NCBI GenBank assembly: GCA_050084985.1
Contig: JBITNC010000001.1
Coordinates: forward strand, 45,880,001 to 45,944,000
From: Nageia nagi
Lineage: Eukaryota > Plantae > Pinophyta
Direction of reading: 5' to 3'
Length of the DNA: 64,000 nucleotides
The position numbers and the translations under genes are program-made. This document shows positions 12,401 to 25,930 of this stretch, in pieces. The notes under the pieces are model-generated. The model saw nothing but the letters and a program-made list of their open reading frames with translations, made no database searches and was not told the origin of the DNA. Position 1 is the first letter of the stretch. Every line of letters starts with the position of its first letter.

Positions 12401-13788
12401 GCATATCAAGATGTAAAGATTTCATGTCATTTTACTGTACTTTTGATAAATCTGTTTCAAGATATATATCCTTCTTTATCATGCATATTACATTCAATAA
12501 GATCAGATGTTTGTGAATTTGTTTTTAGTAAAGTAGGTGGTATGGTTGGACAGGAAAGGGCATATGATTTTGTAGATTTATTACATGTAATTGGAAGCTT
12601 AAACAAGGTATCAGAAGAAAAAAGTAATCTTGAAGGATTATATATTGGAAAAGCTCATAAAAAATAAGAAAATTTATGGCATAAGTTAAATCCAAAAATG
12701 AGAGAGAAGTGTGGATTTTTATCAGACTATAATTGCATATCTTCTGATATTGATATTGTAGAAGCTCTTAAGCAAGGATTAAAAGATGCACAATATGATC
12801 TTGAACATTTTATATACATCCTAAAAAATTGAATATGGCTTATGGTGGTTTAAGCCATGGGATTGTGGTAATAATTTTCCTTTAGTGGAAGTAGGTGAAT
12901 GTGTTGATGTTTTTCTAGTAGAGAGTTCACATTTAAACACTATTTTTGATGGAGTTTCTAAAGATTTAAAACATATACAAAATGAAACTAGTTCATCTAT
13001 TGATCCATATGTCATGGAGAGTGAATGGCAACATGAAATTGATGAAATATTAAATCATGTAGAAAAAATATATACAAAAAAATTAGTGTAATGGTAGAAG
13101 TGGATGGAAAAGAAATATATAAATCAACACTTGTTATTCAATTGAATGGAAACCCCAAATTATCAAAATATAGGTTGATTAAAGTATGACATGGAAATTA
13201 TTTTCATTTAAATGAAATTTTTCTAATATTAGAGAATGCTTCCTACTTAAGGATTAGGTCTAATTGTGGGGTTTTATTTAAGCAAGAATTATCATATTTG
13301 AATGATTGATCTCAAAGAAAGGGTATTCCATGCAGTACTAAGAAAGGTGTTTGAAGTGGGAAATGGTACCATGGAAGAGTGAAAAGGATGAGGAAAAATG
13401 AAGACAATAAAGTGGTTGAATATCGTAATCCAATAGATCTATTGGACTATCTAGAAGATGTTGAGATTCAATTGAATTGGTATAATAAGATAAAAGGTCA
13501 CATTGATTCACTTATAATTTGATAGATCATGAATTTGTATCATTATAATCCATCATTACAATTGCTAATCTAACATATTTCTCTCAAAAGGATTATTATC
13601 AATTGGAGGAAAATGATTTCAAAATATTTAATGATTATGCTAAAAGTTTGCAAAAAGGTAGGATTCAATCATTTTTAGTAAGTTATATGATTGCATTTTT
13701 TTTTAATATTTTCATTTGTTTGAAGTTTTATTAATTTTAATAATTCATGAATGCTAATATTTGAATTAATATTTTAGATCAAATATGA
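9410..13788 (+). pseudogene. Intron-containing P-element-like DDE transposase, decayed
   Basis: GT-AG introns 10485-10567, 11483-11568 (splicing gives in-frame KIVR|WIASKDILVGFCG) and 13658-13777. Motifs in order: two C2H2-like fingers (ORF 9886..10374), GGPYLHKFLSANLDGPSLST, ILAEDE (D1 ~11454), GHSFDRDSRCRQLM (D2 ~11813), HDQDFIHNGKKL (DxxH ~11952), DRQNW, SDVCEFVFSKVGG (E ~12515). Many stops and frameshifts. Confidence 0.85.
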
Positions 13789-16700
13789 CACGGATAAAAA
13801 TTGCATTTGTGATAAGGATACATTTTATGTGACTTTTCATAGGTACTATCTTTTTTTCTTATTGCACATTTACAGTTATTTTTTTTTTTTTTGTATTTAC
13901 ATTTACATTTACAATTGATTATTTTATGATATTTTGTTTTTTTTATGCATATGGGTTTGAGCAATCTTTTTGTAGGTCAGTTCAATGCCTTTCTTGTGAT
14001 GATTTATATGTGTCTTATAACTTTCAAATGTTACAATATTTCTTATCTATAGATTTTAGTTGCATTTTTTGCATTAAATTAGCATTCATGAATTTGTTTG
14101 TTTCGAATTCCTTGAATAGTTATTTGACTTTTCCTATGACCATTAGAGTTACAAAAATCATGCACAAAGAATCATATAATTGAAATAAAAGCCAATAATA
14201 GTTGTTATTTTATAGCTCACGACTTGTAGTATTTCTTAAAAAAAGATAAGCCAACATTCTTCAAAATAATAACACTTTGATTTCTAACACTATTTATCAT
14301 TTTTTCTCATAATATGGAGGATTTATGGAGCTCAACTAGAAAATGGTTGGATTGAGGAGGATATTTTTTATACATCAACCATGTCAAAAACTTCATACCA
14401 GTATTTAAAGATTTCATTAAAGACTTGTTATTTTCAGTTATACAATGATAGTTATAATTATTTTTAGTTTGGAAGTCTTTGTTATTTTTAGTTATATAGT
14501 GAACAAATAATGCAAATAATGAGTTGTTGATGTTAGAAAACACACAAACTTTATAGTATCTTGTAACTCATGAGTTGTACCTTGTATCAGTTCCTTTATC
14601 ATCATCTCATCAGATACTTATTAAGTTTTGGATCTATGTTTTAGAATTCTTATTTAGTATAATGAGTTCTATATCCCTCTAGTGAAAGTATAAATGTATT
14701 TTTCCTTTCCATGTTACAAGTAATGCCTCCTTTTTTAGTATGGGATGTCCATGGTGATTGTTTCTATCACTAGACTTATGTATAATTTTGCTTTTATATA
14801 CTTATTTTGTCATATTTTGGCATCCATGGATCTTAAAGTGCATTGATTTTTGGTTTGTCTATCTTGTGTTTAATGAGAGGCATGTTTATATCTCTAATTT
14901 CAATTTTTTAGTATACATTTGATATTATCTATTGTGTTGATAGTGCAATTTATAGCTTTTCCTATTGAACACCAATATGTATGCATCATAGGATGATGGC
15001 CTTTAATATCAAGCCAAATAATTGGTAGCCCTCACCTAATTTTCTTTGGTATTGATATACCAAGATACATATATGTGCTTTGGTATTATATATATTAAAG
15101 AGTTGATGCCTTATTTTTCTTATTTTCCTTAAATTTTTGGGTAACTTGTAATATTGTATAACACATCAATTGTTATAGTGTAGCTTCAGTTGTTTTCTAG
15201 TTATATTAGCACCAACAATCATGGAGTTGTTTTCTACTTTGATGGCTTTGTTGGATAGCTCATGATTGCTACATATATTATTTAATGGTGGCAATATTAT
15301 CTTATTAGAAATGTGTTATTTTTTGCACTTTAAACTCTATAGCAATAATTAACATTTTATATGATGATATTATTTTATTAGTGTGAACTCCTTTGCTATG
15401 ATTTGGGATTCAATCAAAACAACCTGTAATTCACATAATTTGGAGAATTGCCTTTATTTATTTATTTTATTTAATTATCATATTTTTTATCTATTATACC
15501 TTACTCCTTGGTATTGCTATTTTTTTGTTGTTCCTATACTATATTATGGTTATTTGTGAACTAGAATTTAGTTCTCATATCTTGGACAACTGAATAAACT
15601 TCTTTTGGTTAAAAGTAATAATTAATAATTGTTCCATTTCTAACAACTATATGTGTTTTTTTTGATAGTGCATGGTATTTCTTAGTTCAAAGGAAAATAT
15701 TTAGTTGTATTAGCTATATATTATATAACATACAATTATTCCCTAATTATTTGGGGTAATATGTGGGTATTAATGAGGGCTTAACCTCATGTTGTGCATC
15801 AATTACTTTAAACATGATGACTAGATGCTTCTTCAATTCCACATGTCATAATAAATTTCTTTAGGGAACAATTGCAATTCCACTATTTATTGAAGAAGCT
15901 TAGATCAAGCACTTTTTGTAAAATATGCAAATACATAATCAAAAAGTAAGGGCATAACCTTTTATAACATAAGGGGAAGAACCTTAATTATTTATAAATT
16001 ATATCTAATTATGGTTGCATAGTTTTCAACATCTATGCAAAACTGTGATAAGCTTGAAGTACTATTTTTTTTCAATGCTTCTATAAAGTGCCAATTAGTT
16101 GAAAAAATCATGATAAATTGGAGATACTAAAAAAAAGCAAAACAATCATGCAAGTAGTTGAAAAGAACTTATTTATAATTGGAATTTTAGTCAACACACA
16201 ATGATTTTTACCCTTCATATTTCCATGTGTTTTTGAAATGTTGATTTGTTCCTGATTAATTGTTGGCATATTTCCAACAAATAATTACCATGGAATTACT
16301 AATAATAATTTTTCAACTATGGACTATACATATGACAACAACATAATATGTTATTTTTCCTAATACTAGACAAGACACAAGACTAACTAAAAAATATACA
16401 AGTAAAAGTATTTTGTCTAGGCACACCTTACTCATTATTTGAGGAGTAGAGAAGGGTTGGCTGTTAGATAGTCTAGAGAAGTTTGAAAGGAATATGATAT
16501 ATAACATATGTTTAATACCATTTTGGCTCTCCACCCCCAACCCTTGGCTACCACTGTAGTTACACCTCTCAACATAATTATATATAGGATAGGATAGTAC
16601 AAGTATAGCATTGTAAGAAAGTCGAATACCAAGTTTGAAAATGTTCTCAATTTTAATCATTTTTTTCACTTTGAAGTGATCTTATTCTGCACATTACTAT

Positions 16701-17011
16701 TTTAGATAAATTCTTTTTACTCCATCTTAGGAGTCAACATTTTGGGAAACTTTAAATAATTGGAGAAAATATTTTCGATTAAAAAAATTTTGAACCACTA
16801 TAATTCTAGGTGATGATATCAAAGAATAAAATTACCAAAGGTATTAAAGATTGATCTATTTTTTTTTAGTAAAATGGTAAGTTTTAAAAAGAGATTATTA
16901 TTTATTACATAAGGGTTTACCATGAGGGGTTTAATAAATTCAAATTGAAGGTAGTAAATTTTTAAAATAGGGGGTTTTTTAATAAGCTTACGAACACAAA
17001 TGTTTTGAATG

Positions 17012-17035
17012 TTTTCTACTAAGTGACCCACCATG
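17012..17035 (-). repeat. Right terminal inverted repeat
   Basis: TTTTCTACTAAGTGACCCACCATG, followed by TSD copy GATTGGAC. Confidence 0.8.
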
Positions 17036-19400
17036 GATTGGACTAGTTATCTTTTCAAAAGAATGGATAATGAGTTAGTAAATTAAAAAAGGACTATGAA
17101 GCAAAAATAGATTTACACTTTTCTAGGCATTCCATTTTACTCCATGTTATTATTTCATAGCTTGAGGGTAGTTTGGTTAGGGAACTAAGTCCTGATGTTA
17201 AATTTTGCATTGTGTAAGAAATGCTACCAAATATTTATCAATGGGTAGGTAGCTACCAATGGTTTAGTGAGGTCTTCTTGAAAAACATCTATTACAAGTT
17301 TACACAATCTATTCCAAGAATATTTGGTCATTTCCTAAACATTTTAGATGAATTTGAGGAAAGAATAATGATAAGAATGTTAAGATGAAACTTAAAACCA
17401 AATTTGTTTCCTAAGTTCTATTCTGATTCTATTTTTTATGAGGAAGCTATAAGAGAACTTGTTGAAGATTTCAAAGTGAGGATTGGTAGAGAATTGGGGA
17501 AATATCATTTCTTTAAGTAACCATGTGAAATAGGTCATAGGATATTTAATAGTGCCCATTACTTTATTAATACTCTACATATTATGGATCAATATGGTTT
17601 TAGAAAGGTTCTTTGGAGGCCATTTGATACTTATAACAAATTTGCTAAAATTTGGATTAAATCAACTAATTTCAAAGTTTCTCATGATGAGGATGAATTT
17701 CAAGATAAGGTGATTCAAGCATTGAAAGAAAGAAAACCCTATTTAGGAAAAGTTTGTTTTTGATAGAGGTGTTTCCATTTATCTTTAGTTAAATATATTT
17801 TAGAGTAGCTAAAGAAAATTAGGAAAGGTACCATTGATACAATGGAGCCTAAAGTAGAAATAATATATTACAATTAGAAGAACGATAATTCATTATAAGC
17901 TATGTTGAATAAAGAGCCTAAAGAAATTTTGATTCATTATCATCAACCCATTGTGGAGATAGCTATAAAGGTAGAAGAAGAGAAAATGAATTCAAGAAGT
18001 TTAGCATTATTTCCTCCTTATAAACTTATTCTTTAGTCTATCATACCATATTAGAGAAATGCTATGCAAGAAGAAATGTTGAAAAGGTTAGAGAAGTGTG
18101 AGACCTTGTTGACACAAACATAAATTTTACCCAAAGGTATTATTGTTTAGGGAAAAAACATTCTTATGGATCTCATTATTGCTAGAAAGTACTAGGCACA
18201 AGGCTTTATCATACCTCCTAGATATAAAATTTATGTACAGAATATTGAAGATGATTCACTAGCTAAGAAATTGATAATGGAGGAAGCTTCATCATCATCC
18301 TCTATGGCCCCTCATGAAGTTTTCAAAAAATATTTCACTTATGTAGTTATGCTAGTAAAGGAGATACCCAATGATTGAGGCTCTCTAAATACCTCAACTT
18401 GATGATCCTTTAACAATAGTATCTTCAAAGGATTTAAAAGAATTAGGTTCTCCTTAGACATTTTTGACTGCCCCTTCATCTCCTGTAAAAATTCAAGGTG
18501 AAAGAAAATATAACGGGATACTTATTTCTTTAGAGGATCCAAAATAATCATCAACCTAATTAGTTGAAGAGGTTAGTGAGGTTCTCTTAGAATTAAAAAA
18601 GATAGTTCATTAAAAAAGATAGTTGTTGAAATAACACTTGATAAAGAAAGCAAAAATTAGAGAGTGAATAGAAAGAGCTTGATATAATAAAATGGTTATT
18701 AAAAAGGAATACTATAACTTTTAAAGGAATAATAATCATAATAAAGTTATTGAAAACTTTAAAGGATATGATTATAAAAGTTGATGATTAGACTCTTGCA
18801 ATTTTGGGGGGAAGGAACCAAATTAAGTCAGGTTTTGATTTAATGAAGGGAAATCATAAAGTTCTATTCAATAATTTAGTGATAGGTACAAAGTATACCT
18901 TTGGATACAAATCAAATAAAATTTATTCAGCTAATGTAATGTACAATAAAGCTAAGTTATTTGTGGGTAAGGTAATGTAGTCAATAGAAGACCTAGAAAA
19001 GGAATAGAGCAAAATATAATTGATAGATGATTAATATATATGAGGAAGAACCTAGTGATAAGATTGAAAAATTAAAATCTAGATTGATTGAAATTCCTCA
19101 AGGCATAGATCAAAAATATGAAAAATCTCTATAAGTTACAAATTAGTTTGCAAAGATGGAAAGATTGATAGGTAATTATGAATCAAGTTTTCATAATTAT
19201 ATCAAGGAATTAGTGGTAATAATTTAGATCTTGCATGGATTACCAAATTTCACTAAGGAGGAATGGAATATATGTGAAAAACTATGTACAAGTTCTTCAC
19301 CATATATTAGTTGAGATAAGAAAGAAATAAAGAATCTATTTTACCAATTCAAGGAACATGTATAGTTTTGGGCAGAAGTTATCTAAGATACACCTAGTAG
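17036..19400 (+). pseudogene. 3' part of the decayed additional ORF of the Athila-like element (K/E-rich, coiled-coil-like C-terminus)
   Basis: Continues the frame interrupted at 3718; purine-rich coding-like composition with many stops; not recognisable as pol. Confidence 0.4.
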
Positions 19401-19499
19401 ATAAGTATGAGATGCGTTTTTGAAAGAAGCTAATTAGTTTGAAATATTTTGATCAATACACTATCTAGGAACAAAGTTTTTATTCATGGAGGTTTATAA

Positions 19500-20397
19500 T
19501 ATAATCTATAAAAGGAAGGGAGTAGTAGGGAGAAGGATCTTTTGCCAGTCAATCAAGATAGTTACATATGGTCTGTGGTGTATGTTTAGGGTTTTGTCAC
19601 TCAATTTTTTAGTCTTATTATGTCTTTTGTTCACCATTTTTAAAGCATGTACTATGTGATTTTTAAGAAATATTCTAGAGAATAAGGTTATATTTTTTTC
19701 ATCTTGCACCCAACTTTCAAGTAGTGTAGGTTAGAAGCATTTTTACCAAATATTGTCACATTATTTAGGCAATATAATGCAATTGTAATCAAGAAAGGCA
19801 TTGGATATTATATTAAATTTTTATGAAATATGATGATGTATGGTTGCAATATTTCAAGGGCATTTCCTTTGTTATATTTTCCTAAGATTATGTGATGTGC
19901 TATTGTGTGTGCTTTATTTATTATTATAAGTATCAAATAGTGAATGAACTCTTTTTCTACATTGTTTAGTAAATGAATTTTATAATAAGTGTTGGTTGAC
20001 TGATTGAAACTGGGTCTAATATTCTTCTTCATTATTTATTAATGCTTGTTCAACTTTGTGATACAATGGATAAGCATCAATATGCATTGTAGCTTAGGTT
20101 GGTTACAGGTATTTGGTCATTTTATCTCTAAGAGATCATCATTTCCCATTGACTAGAATAACAACCTTTGATATCAAATCTTAACATGCTTTATTCAATG
20201 GAGATCGAATTTGGGTTACAATCTTAGGCCAATTAATTAATCAATAGGTCTAGTTTCATTATCATTTGATCTAGACTACCTAAAAAGGAGGTTAGATTCA
20301 GATAATCTCACATACCTATTGATACTTGGGAGGATTAGAACTTAGTGACATTCATTTGAAATTCTACATCAAAGGGGTATTAATATTTATCACATCA
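19500..20397 (+). repeat. 3' LTR of the Athila-like element (start approximate)
   Basis: 19943-20397 is colinear with 1-453. The start is guessed from a PPT-like stretch near 19466-19495. Confidence 0.7.
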
Positions 20398-23050
20398 TGA
20401 CATAAATGTCATTTTTGGCTCTCAATCCCTACTAATGAGATATGATAATAGACCTTAATAAGATATGATAAACCACCTACCAAGCCTAGAGGGATGGTGC
20501 TTGGGTGCTTCACCATTAGCATTCCCCAAAGTACAACCTAACACCTTCTCATATCTAAGTTGTAATTTATCCATAACCACCCTACTCAATAAGGTGGTGG
20601 GTGGTATAATGTCCCAAATTAAGAAAAATAATTTTCTACATAAAATATGAAAACTCCAAATAGAAATAAGTCATATTGAATGCTAAGAGGGGAATCCCAT
20701 AATAAGTGGCAATTACAATGCATTGAATTGATCCTAAGTACTAAATCACTCCTAGTTATTACAAAATACATAAATACATTTAATCATTCCCTAAGGGGGA
20801 ACATACCACTCTAAGTGGCCCACATGTAGTAACAAAACACTAAGTAGAAGTAATGTCAAAATTAGGTACATTACAAGTCTATCCTTCTTAATATTGCTTG
20901 TCCTCAAAAATGCCAATCCTTATGATCTTATTCAATATTAACAAATATCCTAACATCCTCCAACATCTTCCATGCAACATCAAGATTAATACATATTGAA
21001 AATAATATGATGTCATTGTTATCTTTCATATCTTGTAAATAAACATATATGAAATCTACTAACTCATGTTTAATAATCCTTTCCTACATGCTAAATACAA
21101 CTTCAACAAAAATAATTTGGATCATTATGTGAAGTATGCTCACTTTGCATACAATTTTAGTCCCTATGAGAAAACCATTTGGGAAAACAATGTTGCAGGT
21201 TTGATGTGAACAATAATTCTTATGCTCAAACTAAATGGAGTAGATAAAAGAAGTTCAAATGTGATGTATGATATAAAATCAATATTATAAAAAAACACAA
21301 CCCATATATCATTAGAGAAAACTATTATAAATAATCCCCCAACTATTATCCCAAACATCACTACTCGAGTATTAAAATTAGCCAGTGGCCAGCTCAACAA
21401 ATTGGCAAAAGTCCAATCCCAATTAAACTCAATTTTAAAACCCTTATAAGTATTATTTTTTCTTAAATAATAGTTCACAAAACTGACTAAATTCATTCCA
21501 TAAAATCCACTAAAATTCCATCACCTATAGCCTCAAAGTATATCAAAATTATAGCCTTATTCCTTACCTCAATAGTCCCCATTTGCACCCACATGTTACA
21601 TAATGGATTAGAAAATGTGAAACCAAAAAAATCAAAAATTTCATCATCACTTATTCATAAATATGTATCATCAAACCCCAAGCTAATGATGATCAATCTT
21701 TACTTTTTATTTTAGTTGTTTATACTCAATGTCCTCTTCTAAGCCGTTACTAAAATGCCATAAAAAATCAAACTTTGTTCCATACTTTTTATCATTATTT
21801 TCATGGATCCTCAAGTCTTCAAAAGGATCCAATGGTGTTAAAAAGGATAGAAATACCATGCTAAGGTTGTACTCCAATGAACTAGGTGCTTAAGGGGGGT
21901 TAAAGGGTGTCCAAGAAAGTGGATGTCTACTCCCAAAGCTAAGCACAATTGCTCTTGATGCTCAAGATCCCTCCAAGTGCTCTTCTTGATGTGAGGTCCC
22001 ACCTCTAACTCCATCCTTTTTAAATCTAATTTAAATTATTCATCATGAACCATATTAAGTCTTCTTATTAGGGGTAGTGATACTTCATTCCTTTCTATTT
22101 TATCTCCTCCCATTAGCCTTGAACCTCATCTCTAATATTTGGTAGTTAGAGTATATATCTCTTAAGGAGCATTTCCATTGAAATCCTAATATGATGTTGG
22201 GAATCCATCCCATTTTAGAGATAGAAAAATATCTCACAACATGATCTTGAACTCTAATTCCTAATTGCTTCACTACCTTGTAAAAATAATGAGAGTTTAT
22301 CATTTGAATTTACCACTATAAATCCCTTAAAGTATACCACTTGAAGATTTTTCTTGGCCAAAAATCCTTCATAACAAAATTATGGGTCACCCCATCATCA
22401 ATCAATACTATGATGTCATTCCCATATGCTTTGGTTTGTACCTTGATGGTTAGGAACTTGGATGCCCCAAAACTTATTACTATTATGCCTCCACATGTGT
22501 CCTTGTTGGGTGGTGTTGGATGTAATAACTTTAAACCTATAATACCTAGTCCTCCAAGATCTCACTCTAGATATAGATCTTCCTTTTCATATGAAACTAC
22601 CTCAATGTAGTGGATTTAACCCTTTCCCATGAAATGGTAATTGGGCTCCCTTGGATTCTTGCATGTGAAACACAAAGTATTCCTTCTTAATTCTCTTTAT
22701 GGGGAAATTTTCATTCTCTTTTCCTTTATAGGCAATTTATTTTGGGATGGAATTTTCTCCATTTGAGGTTCTCCTTTTGGAAAGGAACCCAACATCCTAG
22801 ATCTAGCAGGGAGGGATGGTCTAGATATCATTAATGATGGATACAAGATCAATTTGCTCTTGATGGTATCTTGTAGTGTAGTGTATGAGAAGTATTTCAC
22901 CATAACTATCAAAGGATTAAGAAAACACTCCATAAACATCCTTCTCAACCATAGGGAAAAAAGTGAAGTATTTTTGCAATTTTTGCAACCATACCCTAGA
23001 ACCAAATATGACCTTTAAGCCACCTTCTTTAATGTTATGAGAGGAAAATT
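20398..23050 (-). mobile_element. Truncated Ty3/gypsy-like element: gag zinc knuckle, aspartic protease, PPT and start of the 3' LTR
   Basis: Minus strand: ELRRNTLCFTCKNP (~22650-22695) and IIVLIDDGVTHNF (~22380-22420). TTGAGGACAAGCAATATTAAGAAGGATAGACT is followed by LTR start TGTAATGTACC at 20875. The LTR is cut off by the Athila-like element. Confidence 0.65.
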
Positions 23051-23879
23051 GAGGAAAAAATAGAACCAAATACAACATCACATATCACCCATTTGAACAT
23101 AAATATCATCATTTTAAAACATATGTTATGTCTCATTCTTTTGAACAATAGATTATCTATAACAAAAACCAACTCTATAAGAAACTATGGTTATTTAAAA
23201 TCTACAATAATTATCAAATAAAAAGGTATATTCATAATAATCATGATTATATATAGAAAATATTAAATATAGTTGGTTAATATAACATGGTTTTTAAATT
23301 TATCATCTATAGTTTACTATATATGTGGCCATTTGTTATCTTATGATTGCATCCACCATAGAATTGATATACAATGTAATACATATAATACTTCATGATA
23401 GTAATAAATAGTAAAAATGATAAATGTTAGAATAGTATGAAATAGAATAATGATAAAATAGAAAGAAGTAAATGAATTACATAAAATAGAATATCATCAT
23501 ATTCTTATCCTAGATCTCCCATACCACATTATGATCATGTGTATGATGAATCTTATCATCACATCCATGCCTTTTCTCTTGGACATTTTAGATTTTTGAG
23601 ACACCATGAGTTGCAAGATCCATAGATTAGAGGGTTTTGTTTCAAAATTAGAAAAACCTTTCACCTAGAATGACCTTTATGACATTCCAATAAGATCAAT
23701 CATATGGGTAAGATTGATATCCATGTTACGATGATTAATATTAGTATGATGATCAACCTATCAATCAGGTTCCTAAACAACAAGTCATCACTAACACTTA
23801 ATTTTATGGTATCAATAATGAAATCTTAAAGAGGTTGAAATAAATAGAAATAAAATTAAGTGAACATGAGAAGACCAAA

Positions 23880-24450
23880 TTATCATACACTTTGATTTGG
23901 AATGAGCCTATCCATTCAATTGTACCCACCAAGAGCTTCACTTACAAGTTTAAAATCCTAAAGATAGTTAAATTTAGAGGTAAAGAGGATTCTAGAGAGC
24001 ATATAAGATAGTTCAAGTAATCATGCTAAATCATCAAAAATGATGATGTGTTAATGCTTAGGACCTTTCCCATGATGCTTACAAGGAAAGCCCTAGATTG
24101 GTATAATAATATTTCACAACATATCATATACTCCTTTTAATAGTTGGTCGATAAATTTTTAGATCATTTTTTAATCAATGTATGCAAGAGGGCATCTATC
24201 ATAGACTTGGGAAAATAATCATAGTTTGATGATGAATCCATTTCAAACTATGTGTGTAGATGGAGAGATGTTGTTACAAACATGCCTTATACACTCTGTA
24301 GGATGAGTTGGTAAAAGTTTTCTCTAGAAGTTGTAACAAACCTATTTCTTAGATACTTAAAATTCAATAACATCATACATTTAAGGATGCTTTATCACAA
24401 GTCAAGTTGATAGAGGAAACTAAGGTTCAAGATAACAAAATCAAAATAAG
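23880..24450 (+). pseudogene. gag: gag remnant (Tat element)
   Basis: KFRGKEDSREH...NDDVLMLRTFPMMLTRKALDWY...DESISNYVCRWR. Confidence 0.75.
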
Positions 24451-25559
24451 GAATAAAAAGAAAAACAACCATAAGTACCAAATAATGGAAGAAATCCTAG
24501 TACTTCTTATCAGATAACTCAAAGTAATCTAGTTTCTTAGGATGTCCACCAAACTTAACTAAATTGGCTCTACCAAGTCCACCCAAGGCTAATCCCCCTA
24601 TGCAACCACAAACATAAGAAAGACATATGAAAAATAATGATAAACATAATTATAGGCCTAGGAAACCTTGATATAAGGGGACATATAAACCATGGACATC
24701 ATTTATCGAACTTGTTGAGAATGTTTTGAGAAAGATCCTTTATGCACAACTGGTTTTTCTCTTTGAAATCAAACAGGATTCTAATTGGAAGAAACCAATG
24801 TGGCATAATGATCATGAATATTACATACATCATATATAAAAAGGTGATAAAGCTAATAAGCACAATTAGTTAAGAAATGTTATGCCAAGGTTGATTGATA
24901 ACATACAATTCTCTACTACAAATCTAATGGATCAACTTAACAAAAACTTGGGGGTTTTCCAAGATTTGCTTTCAAGAATAATAGTGATATCAATCACATA
25001 TCATCTAAGGCTTCACAACAAGTTTTTCATGATTACAATTCAAGGTATTCTATTGAGTTTTTGGGATCCATTGAAATAGCATCATATTATGCATTTATGG
25101 GAGCCATTGATATAACACCAGACCATGAGTTCTTAGGAGTCATTTAGGCTGCACCAATGTATAAAATTATGGAAGTTTATGATACCAACATGATCAATGT
25201 AACCACTAGAATGGGTAGAGGACATGATAGAGAACCCCCTCCTCTTACAAAGGTAAGAATCGAACAACCTCTACCTCAATCTAGAGTTTAGATATAGACT
25301 TAGCCCCCATGATCAATAATGATAATTCAAAAATAGTTAGAATAGTAGCTCAGAACTACACATACAAAGCTCTCATTATGGGACTTCTTCATCAATATAA
25401 AGAACATAAGGATGCTTTGAATAACATTTAGAAAGTTATAGAGCTAGATGATGATAATCTGAATTCCTTTGGAGACTTCCTTGGGGTCATACAAAGTGCC
25501 ACTAGACTAGGTATCACCTTTTACCAAGGTGAGATCCAACACCCTCCACTAGATAAGGC

Positions 25560-25930
25560 TAAGCATCCTGCATTATATATAGTATTTTATGTGGATTCTC
25601 ATCCTTTTAAGAGGGTACTAGTATATAATGGATCAATAATTAACATCATATATTCAATGGCACTTAATAAGCTTAAGGTTCCTATTCATTATTTGAATAA
25701 AACCCACTCTTACCATTAGGGAATTTAAAAACACCTTGGTAACTATAATAGGTATAATTATACTTCCATTCAACATTGAAGTTAAATAAATTATAGATAC
25801 ATGTCATATAAAGGGTGAAATGCAGTATAATTTACTCTTAGGTTGATCATGGATTGAGGATATGTAGTCAGTTCCTTCTACTTTGCATAGATGCCTTAAA
25901 TACATATATAATGGAACAATGCATTGCATA
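25560..25930 (+). pseudogene. Aspartic protease remnant (Tat element)
   Basis: KRVLVYNGSIINII (cf. VLVDNGSS.NI) and YNLLLG*SWI....VPSTLHRCLK. Confidence 0.75.

Larger units (their letters stand above)
3719..17035 (+). mobile_element. P-element-like cut-and-paste DNA transposon, 13,317 bp, carrying a captured host exon
   Basis: Left end CATGAGGGGGTCACTGTTAGGAAA; reverse complement of right end CATGGTGGGTCACTTAGTAGAAAA. 8-bp flanks are GATTAGGC (3711-3718) and GATTGGAC (17036-17043), differing by two G/A transitions. Contains an internal DDE transposase pseudogene with a DxxH motif. Confidence 0.85.
1..20397 (+). mobile_element. Athila-like (Ty3/gypsy) LTR element, apparently non-autonomous, 5' end outside the window, interrupted by the DNA transposon at 3719-17035
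   Basis: 1-~453 is a direct repeat of ~19943-20397 (shared e.g. TTTATTCAATGGAGAT, AATCAATAGGTCTAGTTTCATT, CATTTGATCTAGACTACCTAAAAAG). A decayed tRNA-Asp-type PBS and a gag remnant follow the left copy. No RT or integrase motifs were recognised between the LTRs. Confidence 0.75.

Noticed and set aside
3719-17035. Classification as hAT (also 8-bp TSD), or as a 3-4 bp TSD element with GGGGG ends
   Set aside because: No hAT CxxH/TRW or C-terminal dimerisation motifs were seen; DxxH-xxK and CE..F...GG fit P-like better. Treating CATG as part of the TIR reveals a matching 8-bp TSD and restores the host frame.
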